From contig NC_008340.1 in the NCBI RefSeq assembly GCF_000014785.1, positions 300,001 through 332,000 on the forward strand: a stretch of 32,000 nucleotides of DNA, given 5' to 3'. The notes below the pieces were generated by a model, which saw only the letters and a list, made by a program, of their open reading frames with translations, did not search any database and was not told the origin of the DNA. This document shows positions 24,945 through 32,000 of this stretch, in pieces. Made by a program: the position numbers and the translations under genes. This DNA is from Alkalilimnicola ehrlichii MLHE-1 (lineage in GTDB: Bacteria > Pseudomonadota > Gammaproteobacteria > Nitrococcales > Halorhodospiraceae). Numbering within the stretch: position 1 is the stretch's first letter; the number at the start of each line of letters is the position of its first letter.

Positions 24945-25019
24945 TGGGGCGTCGCCAAGCGGTAAGGCACGGGTTTTTGGTACCCGCATTCCCAGGTTCG
25001 AATCCTGGCGCCCCAGCCA
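24945..25019 (+). tRNA. tRNA-Gln (anticodon UUG), CCA encoded
   Basis: TGGGGCGTCGCCAAGCGGTAAGGCACGGGTTTTTGGTACCCGCATTCCCAGGTTCGAATCCTGGCGCCCCAGCCA folds as a cloverleaf: 7-bp acceptor, anticodon stem CGGGT/ACCCG, loop TTTTGGT, T-arm CCAGG-TTCGAAT-CCTGG. It is nearly identical to E. coli tRNA-Gln in the D-arm and T-arm. Confidence 0.95.
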
Positions 25020-25096
25020 TTTCCCTTCCCGCGAGCAGCCGGCTCAACCGGACCGCAACCGCAACGGGGTAGTGCGCTGTGAATGACAACGGACGC

Positions 25097-26035
25097 ATGA
25101 TGGTGTTTGCGGGTAACTCTAACCCGCAACTGGCCGAGTCCATTGCCGAGCATCTCAAGACCCGCCTGGGCCACGCCGTGGTCGGTCGCTTCAGCGACGG
25201 CGAGATCATGGTGGAGGTCAACGAACACGTGCGCGGCAAGGACGTCTTCGTGGTCCAGTCCACCTGCGCACCCAGCAACGACAACCTCATGGAGTTGCTG
25301 GTCATCATCGATGCCCTGCGCCGGTCCTCCGCCGCCCGCATCACCGCGGTCATCCCCTACTTCGGCTATGCCCGTCAGGACCGCCGCCCGCGCTCCCAGC
25401 GCGTGCCCATCTCGGCGCGGCTGGTGGCGAACATGCTGGAGGCGGCCGGGGTCAACCGCGTGCTCACGGTGGACCTGCACGCCGACCAGATCCAGGGCTT
25501 TTTCAACATCCCGGTGGACAACGTCTACGCCTCGCCCATGCTGCTGGGCGATATCTGGCGCCAGCTCTATCCGCGCAAGATCGTCGTCTCGCCGGACGTG
25601 GGCGGCGTGGTGCGCGCCCGGGCCATTGCCAAGAGACTGGACGACGCCGACCTGGCCATTATCGACAAGCGCCGGCCGCGGGCCAACGAGTCCAAGGTCA
25701 TGAACATCATCGGCGATGTGCAGGACAAGACCTGCATCATCGTCGACGACATGGTGGATACCGCCGGCACCCTCTGTGAGGCGGCCAAGGTGCTCAAGGA
25801 CAAGGGCGCCTTCAAGGTGGTGGCCTACATTACCCACCCGGTGTTGTCGGGCAATGCCATCAACCGGATCAGCGAGTCCCACCTGGATGAGCTGGTGGTG
25901 AGCAATACGATCCCGCTGAGCAGCGAGGCCCAGTCCTGCGATAAGATCCGCCAGCTGTCCATTGCGGACATCCTGGCCGAGACCATGCGGCGCGTCAGCC
26001 AGGACGAGTCGGTCAGCGAGCTGTTCGTGGAGTAA
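25097..26035 (+). CDS. prs: Ribose-phosphate pyrophosphokinase
   Basis: [20 protein letters not shown]..., [31 protein letters not shown] and [15 protein letters not shown] motif. The start is uncertain: ATG 25097 or 25100, or GTG 25079 as in the track. Confidence 0.93.
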   Translation: MMVFAGNSNPQLAESIAEHLKTRLGHAVVGRFSDGEIMVEVNEHVRGKDVFVVQSTCAPSNDNLMELLVIIDALRRSSAARITAVIPYFGYARQDRRPRSQRVPISARLVANMLEAAGVNRVLTVDLHADQIQGFFNIPVDNVYASPMLLGDIWRQLYPRKIVVSPDVGGVVRARAIAKRLDDADLAIIDKRRPRANESKVMNIIGDVQDKTCIIVDDMVDTAGTLCEAAKVLKDKGAFKVVAYITHPVLSGNAINRISESHLDELVVSNTIPLSSEAQSCDKIRQLSIADILAETMRRVSQDESVSELFVE

Positions 26036-26053
26036 GACCCGATTTCAAACGCG

Positions 26054-26079
26054 GGGCCGTCCGCCGGGCGGCCCTTTAT
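26054..26079 (+). terminator. Possible weak intrinsic terminator/attenuator after prs
   Basis: GC-rich hairpin gggccgtcc-gcc-gggcggccc (one G-U pair) followed by tttat. The U-tract is short. Confidence 0.35.
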
Positions 26080-26134
26080 CACAAGCCGCCGAACCTGGTC
26101 GCGGGGGAGGCGGTGTTTTGTATGGAGAGGACCC

Positions 26135-26779
26135 ATGTCTGCCATTGAAATGAAACTCGACGCCGAGCTGCGCACGGAGACAGGGAGAGGTGCGAGCCGC
26201 CGCCTGCGCCGTGCCAAGCGCGTGCCCGCCATCATGTACGGCGGTCACCAGGAGCCCCAGGCCATCACCCTAAACCTGCTGCAGCTGGACCGACTGATGC
26301 AGGAAGAGGCCTTCTACTCCCAGATCCTCACCGTCAACCTGGACGGTAAGAGTGAGCAGGTCATCGTCAAGGACTTGCAGCGCCACCCCTTCAAGCCGCT
26401 GGTCGAGCATGTGGACCTGCAGCGGGTGGTGGCGGGCGAGAAGGTGCATACCTCGGTGCCGGTTCACTTTGTCAACGAGGACAAGGCCCCGGGCATCAAG
26501 GCCGGCGGTATCATCCACCACGATCTCAACGAGATCGAGATCGCCTGCCTGCCTAAGGACCTGCCCGAGTACCTGGAGGTGGACGTCTCCGCGCTGGAGC
26601 TGGGCAGCGCCATCCACCTCTCCGACGTGCCGCTGCCGGCCGGGGTGGAGATCCCGGAGCTCGTTCAGGGTGCGGACCACGACCACCCGGTGGTGTCCAT
26701 TCACGCCAGCCGCAAGGCCAAGGCCGACGAGGACGAGGCGGCCGAGGGTGAGGAAGGCGAGGAGGGCGCCGAGGACTGA
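26135..26779 (+). CDS. rplY: 50S ribosomal protein L25 / general stress protein Ctc (long form)
   Basis: 214 aa. LDAELRTETGRGASRRLRRAKRVPAIMYG N-terminus, an L25 beta-barrel plus the Ctc C-terminal domain, and an acidic tail. GGAGAGG sits upstream of the ATG. Confidence 0.92.
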   Translation: MSAIEMKLDAELRTETGRGASRRLRRAKRVPAIMYGGHQEPQAITLNLLQLDRLMQEEAFYSQILTVNLDGKSEQVIVKDLQRHPFKPLVEHVDLQRVVAGEKVHTSVPVHFVNEDKAPGIKAGGIIHHDLNEIEIACLPKDLPEYLEVDVSALELGSAIHLSDVPLPAGVEIPELVQGADHDHPVVSIHASRKAKADEDEAAEGEEGEEGAED

Positions 26780-26811
26780 GTGCCTCGCCGCCGGCCTGAA
26801 CGGGGGTGCCC

Positions 26812-27405
26812 ATGACTGACAGCCCTCAGCCCATTCAGCTGATCGTCGGCCTGGGCAACCCCGGCGATCGTTACGCGGGAACCCGGCACAATGCCGGGTT
26901 CTGGCTGTTGGACGAGCTGTTGCGCCGCCACGGCGGGGCGCTGCGGCCCGAGCGCCGCTACCACGCCGATCTGGCGACCCTTCACCTGGGGCCGCATCAG
27001 TGCCGACTGATGCGGCCGCAGACCTACATGAACCGCAGCGGCCAGGCGGTGGGGCCTTACGCCCAGTTCTTCCGGCTGCCACCGGAGTCGATCCTGGTGG
27101 TCCACGACGAGATCGACCTGCCGCCAGGTCAGGTCAAGCTGAAACAGGGCGGCGGGCATGGGGGCCACAATGGCCTTCGCGATATTATCCGGGCCCTCGG
27201 CAACGAGCGGGGCTTTTGCCGTGCCCGGATCGGCGTCGGCCATCCCGGTCATCGCGACGGTGTGGTGCCCTACGTGCTGTCGCGGCCCGCGCCCGACGAG
27301 CGACGGGCCATCGCCGACGCCGTGGAGGAGCTGGCCGACTGCGTGGAATGGCTGCTCGCCGGCGACTGGGGGCGTGCCTGCCAGCGCCTGCACTCCCGGT
27401 CCTGA
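26812..27405 (+). CDS. pth: Peptidyl-tRNA hydrolase
   Basis: [27 protein letters not shown] and [12 protein letters not shown] motifs. The ATG at 26812 is preferred over the GTG at 26806. Confidence 0.95.
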   Translation: MTDSPQPIQLIVGLGNPGDRYAGTRHNAGFWLLDELLRRHGGALRPERRYHADLATLHLGPHQCRLMRPQTYMNRSGQAVGPYAQFFRLPPESILVVHDEIDLPPGQVKLKQGGGHGGHNGLRDIIRALGNERGFCRARIGVGHPGHRDGVVPYVLSRPAPDERRAIADAVEELADCVEWLLAGDWGRACQRLHSRS

Positions 27406-27416
27406 CGGAGAGAGTT

Positions 27417-28508
27417 ATGGGTTTCAAATGCGGAATCGTGGGGCTGCCCAACGTGGGCAAGTCCACGCTGTTCAATGCCCTCACCCAGGCGGAGATCCCC
27501 GCCGAGAACTACCCCTTCTGCACCATCGACCCCAACGTGGGGGTGGTGCCGGTGCCCGATCCGCGGCTGGACCGGCTGGCGGAGATCGTCAAACCCGAGA
27601 AGGTCATCCCCACCACCATGGAGTTCGTGGACATCGCCGGCCTGGTGGCCGGGGCGAGCAAGGGCGAGGGCCTGGGCAACCAGTTCCTGGCCCATATCCG
27701 CGAGACCGATGCCGTAGCCCAGGTGCTGCGCTGTTTCGAGGACGACGACGTCCACCATGTGGACGGCCGGGTGGACCCGATCTCCGACGCCGAAACCATC
27801 AACACCGAGCTGGCCCTGGCGGACCTGGAGACGGTGGAGAAGGCCCTCAGCCGGGTGGAGCGCCAGACCAAGAGCGGTGACAAGGAGGCGGTGGCCAAAC
27901 GCGATGTGCTGCTGCGGGTGCGCGACGGGCTGGGCGAGGGCCACTCGGTGCGGAGCCTGGCGCTGGACGAGGCCGCACGGGCGCTGATCGCCGATCTGCA
28001 CCTCATCACCATCAAGCCGTTGATGTACATCGCCAACGTCGCCGAGGACGGTTTCGAGGACAACCCCCTCCTCGATCAGGTCCGCGAACTGGCCCGGGCC
28101 GAGGCCGCCGAGGTGGTGCCGGTGTGCGCCGCCATTGAGGCGGAACTGGCCGCGCTGGACGACGAGGACAAGGCGGAGTTTCTGGCCGAGTACGGGCTGG
28201 AGGAGCCGGGGCTGAACCGGGTGATCCGCTGCGGCTACCGCCTGCTTGGGCTGCAGACCTTCTTCACCGCCGGCAAGAAGGAGGTGCGGGCCTGGACCGT
28301 CCGCCGGGGTGCGACGGCGCCTGAGGGGGCCGGCCGCATCCATACCGACTTCCAGCGTGGTTTTATCCGCGCCGAGGTGGTCAGCTATGATGACTTCGTC
28401 GCCTGCAATGGCGAGCAGGGGGCCAAGGAGGCCGGCAAACTGCGCCTGGAGGGCAAGGACTACGTCCTGGCCGAGGGCGACGTGGTGCACTTCCGGTTCA
28501 ACGTCTAA
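27417..28508 (+). CDS. ychF: Redox-regulated ribosome-binding ATPase YchF
   Basis: 363 aa from the ATG at 27417 (GGAGAGAG upstream). [23 protein letters not shown] is identical to the E. coli YchF N-terminus, and it is collinear to the end ([10 protein letters not shown]). The 502-aa track ORF is an upstream extension overlapping pth. Confidence 0.96.
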   Translation: MGFKCGIVGLPNVGKSTLFNALTQAEIPAENYPFCTIDPNVGVVPVPDPRLDRLAEIVKPEKVIPTTMEFVDIAGLVAGASKGEGLGNQFLAHIRETDAVAQVLRCFEDDDVHHVDGRVDPISDAETINTELALADLETVEKALSRVERQTKSGDKEAVAKRDVLLRVRDGLGEGHSVRSLALDEAARALIADLHLITIKPLMYIANVAEDGFEDNPLLDQVRELARAEAAEVVPVCAAIEAELAALDDEDKAEFLAEYGLEEPGLNRVIRCGYRLLGLQTFFTAGKKEVRAWTVRRGATAPEGAGRIHTDFQRGFIRAEVVSYDDFVACNGEQGAKEAGKLRLEGKDYVLAEGDVVHFRFNV

Positions 28509-29368
28509 CCGCCCTTGCCCCGCTCCCCGTCGGCCCGTTCCGGCCGCGCGTTGATGGGATAGCTGTGGGTCGGGCCGCGGAAGGGCTGGATCAGCAGCTG
28601 GTCCAGGCGCAGGTCGCGGGCGTCGCGAAAGAGATTGATGCCGATGGTCATGCCCAGGTGCCCGTCCCGCGGCTGGGCCCGGTAGGTGCCCAGCAGCCGG
28701 TCCCACCAGGGCAGGTTGAAGCCGAAGTTGGAATTGGTCTCGTTGGGGTGCCAGGAGTGGTGGACGCGGTGCATCTCCGGGGTCACCACCAGCCAGCGCA
28801 GGACCCGGTCCACCCGCGCCGGCAGCCGGACGTTGCCGTGGTTGAACAGGGAGGTGGCGTTGAGCAGCACCTCGAACAACAGGACCGCCACCGCAGGCGC
28901 CCCCAGCATGACGATTACCCCGGCCTTGATCACCATGGAGAGCAGGATCTCCAGCGGGTGGAAGCGCAGGCCGGTGGTGACGTCGAACTCCAGGTCGGTG
29001 TGGTGCATCCGGTGCAGCCGCCAGAGTGCCGGCACCGCGTGAAACATGACATGCTGGGCCCAGATGGCGAAATCCAGCAGAATGACGCTGAGCAGCACCA
29101 CCAGCCAGAAGGGCCAGTCCAGCAGGTGGAACAGCCCCCAGCCATGGGCCTCGGCGAACAGGGCCACGCCCACCGCGGCGGCCGGAAAAACCAGACGCAC
29201 GGCCAGGCTGTCCACAATGACGATCGCCAGGTTGTGGGGCCAGCGCTGGCGGCGGCCGAACTGCTGCCGGCGGCGTGGGGCCAGCAACTCCCAGGCGGCC
29301 ATGGCCGCAAAGATGCCGGCGAAGGCCGCCAGGCGTACCAGCGGTTCCTGGGCTAGCAACCACTCCAT
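28505..29368 (-). CDS. Fatty acid hydroxylase / sterol desaturase family membrane protein
   Basis: 287 aa from the ATG at 29368 (GGAGG 5 nt upstream). Several hydrophobic helices and three histidine boxes: HVMFH, HRMHH, HRVHH. Confidence 0.85.
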   Translation of the reverse strand: MEWLLAQEPLVRLAAFAGIFAAMAAWELLAPRRRQQFGRRQRWPHNLAIVIVDSLAVRLVFPAAAVGVALFAEAHGWGLFHLLDWPFWLVVLLSVILLDFAIWAQHVMFHAVPALWRLHRMHHTDLEFDVTTGLRFHPLEILLSMVIKAGVIVMLGAPAVAVLLFEVLLNATSLFNHGNVRLPARVDRVLRWLVVTPEMHRVHHSWHPNETNSNFGFNLPWWDRLLGTYRAQPRDGHLGMTIGINLFRDARDLRLDQLLIQPFRGPTHSYPINARPERADGERGKGG

Positions 29369-29453
29369 GGGGACCTCCGGTACTGGTGGTCGGTGAGATT
29401 CAATGGTATGCGGGGGGCGGTGGCAAGACCAGCGCCCGGAGAGGGAGGGGCCA

Positions 29454-29687
29454 ATGAGTAACCGGGGCACTGTGAGCGCGGAGCACCTGTTCCGCCTGGA
29501 GGAGAAACTGGCCCACCAGGAGCACACTATCGGTGAGCTGGACGGTGTCATCTACCGTCAGCAACGCCAGCTCGATGAGCTGACGGCGCGCTACCGGCAG
29601 CTGGAGGCGCTGGTGGAACGGATGGTGCGCCGGAGCGAGGACGGTGGCGGGGGCGAGCCGCAGCAGGAGCGGCCCCCGCACTATTAA
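29454..29687 (+). CDS. slyX: SlyX family protein
   Basis: 77 aa. Coiled-coil LEEKLAHQEHTIGELDGVIYRQQRQLDELTARYRQLE and the C-terminal PPHY typical of SlyX. GAGGGAGGGG sits upstream of the ATG at 29454. Confidence 0.85.
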   Translation: MSNRGTVSAEHLFRLEEKLAHQEHTIGELDGVIYRQQRQLDELTARYRQLEALVERMVRRSEDGGGGEPQQERPPHY

Positions 29688-29891
29688 CCCGGCTGACACC
29701 CTGCCGGGTTACCCTGTCCGCGGGACGCGGTACGGGCGCGCTCCCGGTCAGGGCCGCGAAGCCTGGGGCTGCATGAGACCGGGTTCGCGCTAGAATGTAC
29801 CGCTAGTGACGGTCTATAACACTTGGAACTCAGTACGCGCTGAGGGAACAGCGGCCCGCCGCGCCGCGAACAGCAAGCAATTGGGGACGAC

Positions 29892-31235
29892 ATGAAGATC
29901 ACCATCTTTGGTACCGGCTACGTGGGTCTGGTTACCGGCACCTGCTTTGCCGAGGCCGGCAACGATGTGCTCTGTGTGGACATCGACGAGGAGCGTATCG
30001 AGCAGCTCAATGACGGCGAGGTGCCGATCTACGAGCCGGGCCTGGAGGACATGCTCGCCTGCAACATGGATGAGGGCCGGCTGCGCTTCACCACGGACGC
30101 CGCCGAGGGCGTGGCTCACGGTCAGTTCCAGTTCATCGCCGTGGGCACGCCCCCGGACGAGGACGGGTCGGCGGATCTCAGCCACGTACTGGCAGTGGCC
30201 CGCACCATCGGCGAGCACATCGACGACTACCGGGTGGTGGTGGACAAGTCCACGGTCCCGGTGGGCACGGCCGACCGGGTCCATGCCGCCATCCTCGAGG
30301 CAATGGAGGCGCGCGGCGTGGATGTGGCCTTCGATGTGGTTTCCAACCCGGAGTTCCTCAAGGAGGGGGCCGCCATTGAGGACTTCATGAAGCCGGATCG
30401 CATCATCGTCGGGGCCGAGAACCCGGCGGCGGTTGCCCTGATGCGGGACCTCTACGCCCCGTTCAACCGCAACCACGACCGGCTGATCTTCATGGACGTG
30501 CGCTCGGCGGAGCTGACCAAATATGCCTCCAACGCCATGCTGGCCACCAAGATCAGCTTCATGAACGAGCTGTCCAACCTGGCCGAGCGTCTGGGAGCGG
30601 ACATCGAGGAGGTGCGCCGGGGCATGGGCTCTGATCCGCGCATCGGTTACCACTTCATCTATCCCGGCTGTGGCTACGGCGGCTCCTGTTTCCCGAAGGA
30701 CGTGCAGGCGCTGGCCCGCACCGCGCGCCAGGCGCACTACGAGCCGGAGCTGCTGGATGCGGTGGAGGCGGTGAACCACCGCCAGAAGCGCCATTTGGTG
30801 CGCCGTATCCGCCACTATTTCGAGGACAACCTGGAGCGGCGCACCTTTGCCCTCTGGGGCCTGGCCTTCAAGCCCAACACCGACGATATGCGCGAGGCGC
30901 CCTCGCGGGTGATCATGGAGGCGCTCTGGGATGCCGGTGCCCGGGTCCGCGCCTACGACCCCGAGGCGCAGGACGAGGCCGCCAGACTCTACCCCGATGA
31001 GGCCGGGCTGGAGCTCTGCGGCAGCCCCTATGATGCCCTGGAGGGGGCGGATGCATTGATCATCTGCACCGAGTGGCAGGTTTTCCGCAGCCCCGATTTC
31101 GACCGTATGCGGCGGCTGCTAAGCGAGCCGGTGATCTTTGACGGCCGTAATCTCTACGACCCGGAGAAGATGCTGGCCGCAGGCTTCGTCTACTATGGTA
31201 TCGGCCGGGGCGAGAGCGTCGATACGCTCATCTGA
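29892..31235 (+). CDS. ugd: UDP-glucose 6-dehydrogenase
   Basis: 447 aa. [20 protein letters not shown] Rossmann N-terminus, [14 protein letters not shown], the [10 protein letters not shown] catalytic Cys motif and [14 protein letters not shown]. Confidence 0.92.
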   Translation: MKITIFGTGYVGLVTGTCFAEAGNDVLCVDIDEERIEQLNDGEVPIYEPGLEDMLACNMDEGRLRFTTDAAEGVAHGQFQFIAVGTPPDEDGSADLSHVLAVARTIGEHIDDYRVVVDKSTVPVGTADRVHAAILEAMEARGVDVAFDVVSNPEFLKEGAAIEDFMKPDRIIVGAENPAAVALMRDLYAPFNRNHDRLIFMDVRSAELTKYASNAMLATKISFMNELSNLAERLGADIEEVRRGMGSDPRIGYHFIYPGCGYGGSCFPKDVQALARTARQAHYEPELLDAVEAVNHRQKRHLVRRIRHYFEDNLERRTFALWGLAFKPNTDDMREAPSRVIMEALWDAGARVRAYDPEAQDEAARLYPDEAGLELCGSPYDALEGADALIICTEWQVFRSPDFDRMRRLLSEPVIFDGRNLYDPEKMLAAGFVYYGIGRGESVDTLI

Positions 31236-31242
31236 GGCGGGT

Positions 31243-32000
31243 ATGAGCGACAGTGCGGTACCGCGACTGACCGAGTCCGCCGCCTGGCAGGCGCTCGGGG
31301 CACGGGCCGGTGATCTGCGTGGCTGGCGGCCGCCGCTGAAGGGCACGCAGGGCGAGCAGCGTTTCCGTCGTTTCAGCCTGCAGTTGGACGGGCTGTTTTT
31401 CGACTACGCCCGCCAGCCGGTGGATGAGACCACCCGCGATCTGCTGTTGGAGCTGGCCCGCGAGCGGCGGCTTCCGGAGCGGATCCGGGCCCTGTTCGCG
31501 GGGGAGCCGGTGAATGCCACCGAGGGCCGGCCGGCGCTGCACACCCTGCTGCGCGCGCCTGAGGGGTCGGCCTTCCCGGTACACGGGGCCGATGCCCGGG
31601 CGGCGGTGCGCACCGAGCTGGCGCGCATGACCCGTTTCGTCGACCGTGTGCACCGGGGTCTGGTCCACGGCTGGGACGACCGGCCCTTCACCGATGTGGT
31701 CAACCTGGGTATCGGCGGCTCGGAGCTTGGCGCGGCGATGGCGGTCCAGGCGCTGTCGCGGTTCCATCAGCGCGAGGCGCCGCGGATGCATTTCGCCTCC
31801 GGCTCCGACGGGGTGCAGCTGGAGGATCTGATCCGGCGGCTCGACCCGGCCACCACGCTTTTCATCGTGGCCTCCAAGTCCTTCACCACCAGCGAGACCC
31901 TGCTCAATGCCCGGGCGGCCCTGCACTGGCTGGAGGCCTGCGCACCGGAGGGGGCGCACCTGGCCCGCCACTGGGTGGGGGTGTCGGCCAATGAGGAGGG
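31243..32000 (+). CDS. pgi: Glucose-6-phosphate isomerase (5' partial, runs off the right edge)
   Basis: Not in the track because there is no stop in the window. My translation from the ATG at 31243 is MSDSAVPRLTESAAWQALGARAGDL...RFRRFSLQLDGLFFDYARQPVDETTRDLLLELARERRLPERIRALFAGEPVNATEGRPALHTLLR...VVNLGIGGSELG...FIVASKSFTTSETLLNA. These are classic PGI motifs. Confidence 0.9.
   Translation, partial: MSDSAVPRLTESAAWQALGARAGDLRGWRPPLKGTQGEQRFRRFSLQLDGLFFDYARQPVDETTRDLLLELARERRLPERIRALFAGEPVNATEGRPALHTLLRAPEGSAFPVHGADARAAVRTELARMTRFVDRVHRGLVHGWDDRPFTDVVNLGIGGSELGAAMAVQALSRFHQREAPRMHFASGSDGVQLEDLIRRLDPATTLFIVASKSFTTSETLLNARAALHWLEACAPEGAHLARHWVGVSANEE

Noticed and set aside
24945-25019. tRNA-Gln as a possible integration hotspot for the island or another element
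   Set aside because: There is no integrase, no direct repeat of the tRNA 3' end and no foreign genes next to it. The flanks are the conserved ispE and prs. The unusual island is 20 kb away, next to rsmA.
27270-29363. 697-aa minus-strand ORF
   Set aside because: It is antisense to ychF over most of its length. The real minus-strand gene is only the 28505..29368 histidine-box protein, which is in a different frame.

Overview
High-GC, gammaproteobacterium-like chromosomal window; the taxon is inferred only from gene order and protein similarity. Hand-counted 60-nt samples give about 73% GC in typical coding DNA. Most of it is densely packed core housekeeping. In order: rsmA; a DUF502 membrane protein; the aceE-aceF-lpd pyruvate dehydrogenase operon (lpd carries an N-terminal lipoyl domain); a 510-nt structured non-coding gap; a translationally coupled trm112-like/prmC pair. 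Next is a plus-strand block of a divergent ClpX paralog, DAHP synthase, dksA and cpdA. Then come prfA and hemA (minus), then a TPR lipoprotein, lolB, ispE, tRNA-Gln(UUG), prs, rplY(ctc), pth and ychF. The window ends with a fatty-acid hydroxylase/sterol desaturase family protein, slyX, ugd and the 5' end of pgi. The one clearly non-housekeeping part is the left 5.3 kb, read on the minus strand downstream of rsmA. It holds a predicted promoter, a 51-codon coupled leader ORF and a 1100-aa protein with no family I can recognise. These are followed by a signal-peptide-bearing Sel1-repeat protein in a visibly lower-GC segment. Four nt later comes a 5'-truncated, in-frame, roughly 95% identical second copy of the central region of the large gene, which runs off the window. 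This layout matches a polymorphic toxin / immunity / orphan-module locus and is my best candidate for an undescribed system. Activity and secretion route are unknown. No CRISPR array, rRNA, transposase or integrase was seen. Many long ORFs in the supplied track are antisense shadow ORFs typical of high-GC DNA and were rejected.
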